The position numbers and the translations under genes are program-made. Below are positions 35,862 through 39,668 of a stretch of DNA of 39,668 nt, piece by piece. A model generated the notes under the pieces. The model did no database searches. It saw only the letters and a list, made by a program, of their open reading frames with translations, and was not told the DNA's origin. Origin of the DNA: Candidatus Saccharimonadia bacterium (GTDB lineage: Bacteria; Patescibacteriota; Saccharimonadia; Saccharimonadales; SZUA-47); the NCBI GenBank assembly GCA_938050265.1, contig CALLJT010000010.1, positions 1 to 39,668 of the forward strand, written 5' to 3'. Numbering within the stretch: position 1 is the stretch's first letter; each line of letters starts with the position of its first letter.

Positions 35862-36412
35862 ACACATGAAGCCACATGGTCGTCAACCACACCAACTGCC
35901 TGGAGATACGCGTAGACTATCGTTGTACCGACGAACGACATGCCACGTTTTTTCAGATCTTTACTGATACGATCTGATAATTCAGTGCTGGCGGGCACGT
36001 CTGCGAGTGTTTTTGGGTTATTAATAATCTGTGTGCCATCCACAAACGCCCATAGATAGTCAGAGAAGCTCCCGAATTCTTTTTGAATATCGATAAATAT
36101 GTGCGCGTTTTTGACTGCCGATCGGACCTTGAGCTTGTTGCGGATAATACCTTCATCTTCCAGCGCCGCTTGGATGCCTGACTCAGTAAACGCAGCTACT
36201 GTCTGTACGTCGAAGTCATTAAACACTCGCCGGTACCCTTCCCTGCGCTTCAGAATAGTGATCCAGCTTAGGCCGGCTTGTGCTCCTTCTAAAACCAAAA
36301 ATTCGAACAAAACCCGGTCGTCGTAGACAGGTGCGCCCCACTCTTCGTCATGATAGCTCTCATACAGTTCGTCACCCTCTGCCCAGCCACATCGAACTAT
36401 CTTTTGAGCCAC
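35828..36412 (-). CDS. tag: DNA-3-methyladenine glycosylase I
   Basis: RC.W......YHD.EWG, LFE.L.LEG.QAGLSW.TIL.RRE, IIRN.LK, SKDLKKRG..FVG.T and DH...C. Confidence 0.96.
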   Translation of the reverse strand: MAQKIVRCGWAEGDELYESYHDEEWGAPVYDDRVLFEFLVLEGAQAGLSWITILKRREGYRRVFNDFDVQTVAAFTESGIQAALEDEGIIRNKLKVRSAVKNAHIFIDIQKEFGSFSDYLWAFVDGTQIINNPKTLADVPASTELSDRISKDLKKRGMSFVGTTIVYAYLQAVGVVDDHVASCVIAKAKQNKHF

Positions 36413-36678
36413 AGAGTGCCTTTCTTGCGGTCATGCTCAAGCTCTCCGCGGGCTTCCATGTCAAGCTTTACCGACTCACCATACCAGGCAGCGGACCCGT
36501 CGAAATCTGGCCCCACAGCGTCAGAAATCGCCTGCAGAAACGCCATTGGCTTCATGGTCTTCTCACGCTCGAGCACTGCAAACGCGGCCTTCCGAATCAC
36601 ATCGTACTTACCCTGGTCGATGTTCACCCCTGACTTCTTCGGGTCAGGATGCAGCGTCAGAATTTTTGTATCACTCAT
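36397..36678 (-). CDS. Small conserved hypothetical protein (DUF6958-like)
   Basis: KI.TLHP..K.GVNI...KY, FDGS..WY...VKLD.EARG. Confidence 0.7.
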   Translation of the reverse strand: MSDTKILTLHPDPKKSGVNIDQGKYDVIRKAAFAVLEREKTMKPMAFLQAISDAVGPDFDGSAAWYGESVKLDMEARGELEHDRKKGTLWLKR

Positions 36679-37091
36679 ACGAGTCCGGGCGATTTTTCAG
36701 CACGTTTCAAGATCTTTGCTACCGTCTGCAAATTCAGATCGTCGAGTTTCTTAAACCGTATGCAGCTTTTGCCGACACTCACTTTGCCGAGTTCGTCTTT
36801 GTACTTCTCGGTTAGGTACTCCTTGCCACCTTCGACTGCACATACGTACAGACTCACGTAATTCTTCTGGCTTGCGAGTGCAATCAGCGGCCAGTCAATC
36901 AGCTCTTTTTTGTAGTTCGTATACTCAAACTTCCCGTACCCTAGCATATTGTAGGCAAACCACCGCTCCTGTTTGGGTAGTGTCTTTTTGATAAGCGCGT
37001 CGAGTGCCTCAATGATTTCTCGCCTCTCGTCATTAAGCAGTGCGATGTACTCAGTATCGCTTTTTGCCCCAACGGGTTTAAACATGTTCAT
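36675..37091 (-). CDS. DUF1801 (YdhG-like) domain protein
   Basis: YI..L...RR, MLGYG...Y, ALASQKNYVSLY and LGK...GKSCIRFKK..DL. Confidence 0.85.
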   Translation of the reverse strand: MNMFKPVGAKSDTEYIALLNDERREIIEALDALIKKTLPKQERWFAYNMLGYGKFEYTNYKKELIDWPLIALASQKNYVSLYVCAVEGGKEYLTEKYKDELGKVSVGKSCIRFKKLDDLNLQTVAKILKRAEKSPGLV

Positions 37092-37107
37092 AGCTATAGC
37101 TTCCTTG

Positions 37108-37998
37108 TTATTGGTCGGCTTGCTTAGCTTGTGACTTACCGGCTTGCTTGTTCACTTCGTTCGCAGTAATCATTGCGTTGCGGAGCTGCTGCGATATGTC
37201 GTTCATTCCTGACGGACTGTGTGGGATGAGCACGGTATTGCTGTTTGAGCTCAGGCCCACGTCCTTGAGTGTGTCAAAATACTGCGTCATCAGGACCAGG
37301 TTCATGACATCATGCGCGCTGGTACCACTGACGTCACTCTGAAATTCTGTGACACTTTCTTTGAGCCCATTCACGATTGCGGTTCGCTGGTCGGCGATAC
37401 CCTTACCCTGCAGTGCCTTGCTCTCAGCTTCTGCTTCAGCAGCCTTCACGACACGAATCTTCTCTGCTTCTGCCTCTTCAACTGCAGCAACACGGAGGCG
37501 CTGGGCTGCGTTGATCTGGTTCATACTTGCCTTGACGTTTGCATCTGGGTCAATGTCCGTCACGAGTGTTTTGACAATACCATAGCCAAAATCGTCCATG
37601 ATCTGTTCAAGCTCGAGCTTCACCGCCTGGGCGATGTCGTCTTTGGTTTCAAACACGTTATCCAGCGTTATGCTCGGCACACGTGCCCGCACCACGTCGT
37701 AGACATAGCTGGTGATCTGCGCTTCAGCATTCTGCAGTTTATAAAACGCGTCGACGACCTTGTCTGGTATCACGAAATACTGCACGCTCACAATCACAAA
37801 CACGAACACGTTGTCCTTGGTCTTTGTTTCGACTTTGACGTCGAGCTGGCGCACACGCAGGCTGATACGACCAGCTATCTGATCAACAATAGGGATCTTA
37901 AACCCAAGACCCGGTCGCGCTACCTTTTTGAACTTACCAAACCGCTCAACAACTGCATTTGTTTGTTGTGTAACTGTGTAAAATAGCCCGAAATCCAT
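37108..37998 (-). CDS. SPFH/band-7 domain protein
   Basis: V.Q....VVERFGKF, ETKTKDNVFV, YVYDVVR, LVTDIDPD and QYFDTLK; AGGAGG RBS. Confidence 0.93.
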   Translation of the reverse strand: MDFGLFYTVTQQTNAVVERFGKFKKVARPGLGFKIPIVDQIAGRISLRVRQLDVKVETKTKDNVFVFVIVSVQYFVIPDKVVDAFYKLQNAEAQITSYVYDVVRARVPSITLDNVFETKDDIAQAVKLELEQIMDDFGYGIVKTLVTDIDPDANVKASMNQINAAQRLRVAAVEEAEAEKIRVVKAAEAEAESKALQGKGIADQRTAIVNGLKESVTEFQSDVSGTSAHDVMNLVLMTQYFDTLKDVGLSSNSNTVLIPHSPSGMNDISQQLRNAMITANEVNKQAGKSQAKQADQ

Positions 37999-38063
37999 AT
38001 TCGACTATGCCTCCTGTTTATATCCTTTAGTGTACACCTCCCGCACCCCGTATCAAACACAGG

Positions 38064-38274
38064 CTACTGTGCAGCGGAACTCCAAATCGCAAACTGAGCC
38101 ATAAGTGCAGCCTTCGACCTCTCCGCATCCCACACCACGCCCTCGATCACCGGCCACCCTTCGGGTGTCCACTCAAAACCGTGCTCATCAGTTGCATGGA
38201 CAAACCAACCTTTCGTTGGCTCCTTCTGCTACCACGCTCGATGTACTGTGTGTGTTGTGTGTTTCGATATTCAT
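38064..38274 (-). other. Short ORF (28 aa, 38274-38188) plus an overlapping start-less +1-frame ORF (38228-38064); frameshifted ~69-aa gene candidate
   Basis: AAGGAG RBS then MNIETHNTHSTSSVVAEGANERLVCPCN**. The +1 frame reads ...VHATDEHGFEWTPEGWPVIEGVVWDAERSKAALMAQFAIWSSAAQ*. Confidence 0.45.
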
Positions 38275-38316
38275 TTCCCTGATCTCCTTGATCTATTGTA
38301 GTGTCTTTTACTAATT

Positions 38317-38340
38317 AAAAACCTCGCACGTTTGGCGAGG
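38317..38340 (-). terminator. Intrinsic terminator/attenuator downstream of the Cys-rich peptide
   Basis: Minus strand reads CCTCGC-CAAACGT-GCGAGG-TTTTT. Confidence 0.7.
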
Positions 38341-38378
38341 CATACTGTTTTTGATATCTTCTCCAAGAACAAGCTACA

Positions 38379-38450
38379 TCAACAGCACGCCAATCCCCCG
38401 CAACAACATGCGGTACCTTGATCGATGATGCTGTGTGTTTGTTTTTGCAT
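38379..38450 (-). CDS. 23-aa cysteine-rich peptide, candidate leader peptide
   Basis: MQKQTHSIIDQGTACCCGGLACC*, translated by hand. Extended -10-like TGG-TAGTAT 10 nt upstream; terminator 38 nt downstream. Confidence 0.6.
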   Translation of the reverse strand: MQKQTHSIIDQGTACCCGGLACC

Positions 38451-38500
38451 AGCTACTCAAATACTACCACACACTACACGGCAATACATGAGGCAGCACC

Positions 38501-38618
38501 CTGACCCACATTCACTTTTTTCTCAAGAGTAGTATAAGCGTAGTGCAGCCAGAGACACCCTTCCTAGGGGTGGCCCTGCGCGAAACGCTACTCGGAGGGA
38601 AACGTGAGTATGGGTCAG
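38501..38618. mobile_element. Rod-folding MITE-like element, copy 4 (variant)
   Basis: CTGACCCACATTCAC/GTGAGTATGGGTCAG ends; same core as copies 1-3; flanks GGCAGCACC/GGCAACATT (6/9, all transitions). Confidence 0.85.
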
Positions 38619-38695
38619 GGCAACATTTGGTCAAGTCTCTTCTCTTTTGCTAACAGATACGGTACAATCTTTTCACGTAGTCACTCATAGATCGC

Positions 38696-38788
38696 GGAGA
38701 GGTACCCAAGTGGCTTAAGGGGACGGTTTGCTAAATCGTTAGTGGGGAGCAATCTCCAGCGAGGGTTCGAATCCCTCTCTCTCCGCCA
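38696..38788 (+). tRNA. tRNA-Ser(GCT)
   Basis: Acceptor GGAGAGG/TCTCTCC-G-CCA, anticodon arm ACGGT-TTGCTAA-ATCGT, long variable arm, T-arm GAGGG-TTCGAAT-CCCTC. Confidence 0.97.
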
Positions 38789-38795
38789 AAACAAC

Positions 38796-38829
38796 AACCC
38801 GACTGGTGCTTCAGTCGGGTTTTTGTTTT
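38796..38829 (+). terminator. Intrinsic terminator after tRNA-Ser
   Basis: AACCCGACTG-GTGCTT-CAGTCGGGTT-TTTGTTTT. Confidence 0.85.
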
Positions 38830-38848
38830 GATGGTGTACAATACGCTT

Positions 38849-39427
38849 ATGGCAACGAATCAACCGCACAACCAGCAAGCACAGCACAACCAGCAAGAGA
38901 TGGCAAACTGGCAGGCAGCGCAGCAACAAGGGTTCACAGACCAGTACCCTGCAGACATGCCAATGAACGTTGATCCTGTCACCTGGAAAAGCGCCGAATA
39001 CATGACCCATACTAAGACGTCACAGTGGTATATTGTTTTTCTCGTCTGTACGTTCCTGGTCGCCGGGCTGATACTCTTGCTAACCCGTGAATGGCTTGCA
39101 TCAATCACGATACTGATCGTCGGAGCTTCTGCGGGATTTTTTGCATCTCGCCCGCCATCAGAGCGACAATACGAAATCAACGAACACGAAGTCAAAATAG
39201 ATCAGCGCAGCTTCCCTCTTGAATCATTCAAATCGTTTTCTGTCGTAGAAGAAGGCACCCAAGACAGCATCTGGCTCAAGCCAGTCAAACGGTTTGCGCC
39301 GTTTCAAATCATCTATTTTCATGCTGAAGACGAGCAACGCATCATAGACATACTTGGCCTATTCCTACCGCACGAAGAACGCGAACTAGACCACCTCGAC
39401 CTCTTGAGCAAAAAACTCAAGTTTTAA
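38849..39427 (+). CDS. Conserved hypothetical two-TM membrane protein
   Basis: Q-rich N-terminus, W.S.EY....K...WY, two TMs and F.SFSV; TACAAT 6 nt before ATG 38849. Confidence 0.78.
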   Translation: MATNQPHNQQAQHNQQEMANWQAAQQQGFTDQYPADMPMNVDPVTWKSAEYMTHTKTSQWYIVFLVCTFLVAGLILLLTREWLASITILIVGASAGFFASRPPSERQYEINEHEVKIDQRSFPLESFKSFSVVEEGTQDSIWLKPVKRFAPFQIIYFHAEDEQRIIDILGLFLPHEERELDHLDLLSKKLKF

Positions 39428-39437
39428 ATAGTGTAGA

Positions 39438-39668
39438 GGTCGCACGTTCGAATCGGGCCTGGTTTGCAGCCATAAAAAAAGCCGGTCAGAAGACCGGCAT
39501 TTTTTGTGGTGCACCCGGCACGAACGTACTCACTGGCTCCCCCCACTTTTTCACTGTTGTCAGCAGAGCCGCCACCGGAAAAAGCTACTCAGAGCGCCAC
39601 TGGCGCTCTTCCCCTCACGGTCGCACGTTCGAATCGGGCCTGGTTTGCAGCCATAAAAAAAGCCGGTC
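39438..39668. repeat. 181-nt-period repeat containing tRNA 3' fragments and a bidirectional terminator (truncated by window edge)
   Basis: 39438-39487 is identical to 39619-39668 (50 nt). 39507-39523 reads TCGTGCCGGGTGCACCA on the minus strand (tRNA 3' end with CCA). A7-GCCGGTC-AGAA-GACCGGC-A-T6 at 39474-39505. Confidence 0.85.

Noticed and set aside
38050..38274. TGA recoding (code 25 or selenocysteine) joining the 28-aa ORF to a downstream Cys-containing frame; or tmRNA
   Set aside because: TGA terminates many clear genes here (e.g. tag, the MazF gene, HAD) and long genes have no internal TGA. There are no tmRNA tRNA-like ends and no tag ending in Ala-Ala.
39438..39668. CRISPR repeat-spacer unit or a complete tRNA gene
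   Set aside because: The repeat is at least 50 nt, tRNA-derived and terminator-containing. No D-arm or anticodon arm is present within the window.

Overview
Chromosomal segment of a small-genome bacterium. Gene content and style point to Candidatus Saccharibacteria (TM7, CPR), which is an inference; it uses genetic code 11 (TGA acts as stop). Most genes are on the minus strand. Core genes are rpsT, holA, mutM, polA, rpoD, dnaG, orn, mscL, gdhA, argS, rlmH, tag and tRNA-Ser(GCT). Accessory content includes five type II toxin-antitoxin pairs, three Nudix hydrolases, a MazG-like pyrophosphatase, a PEP-utiliser, a double-spondin secreted protein, a degenerate photolyase and a CarS-like/CDP-alcohol transferase pair. 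The most notable signals are non-coding. (1) A five-member family of miniature elements has CTGACC...GGTCAG ends, 8-9 bp flanking duplications in several copies, and interiors that fold into rods with compensatory changes; one member carries an unrelated rod inside the same ends. (2) A separate 168-nt rod supplies the end of the tag gene. (3) An unannotated 23-aa Cys-rich leader peptide with a terminator precedes a short, apparently +1-frameshifted ORF. (4) A 181-nt-period repeat is built from tRNA 3' fragments. (5) Heptamer microsatellites are dispersed, some in frame inside mutM and polA. (6) Many genes have leaderless-type -10 boxes just before the ATG. All calls were made by eye; no searches or folding programs were run.
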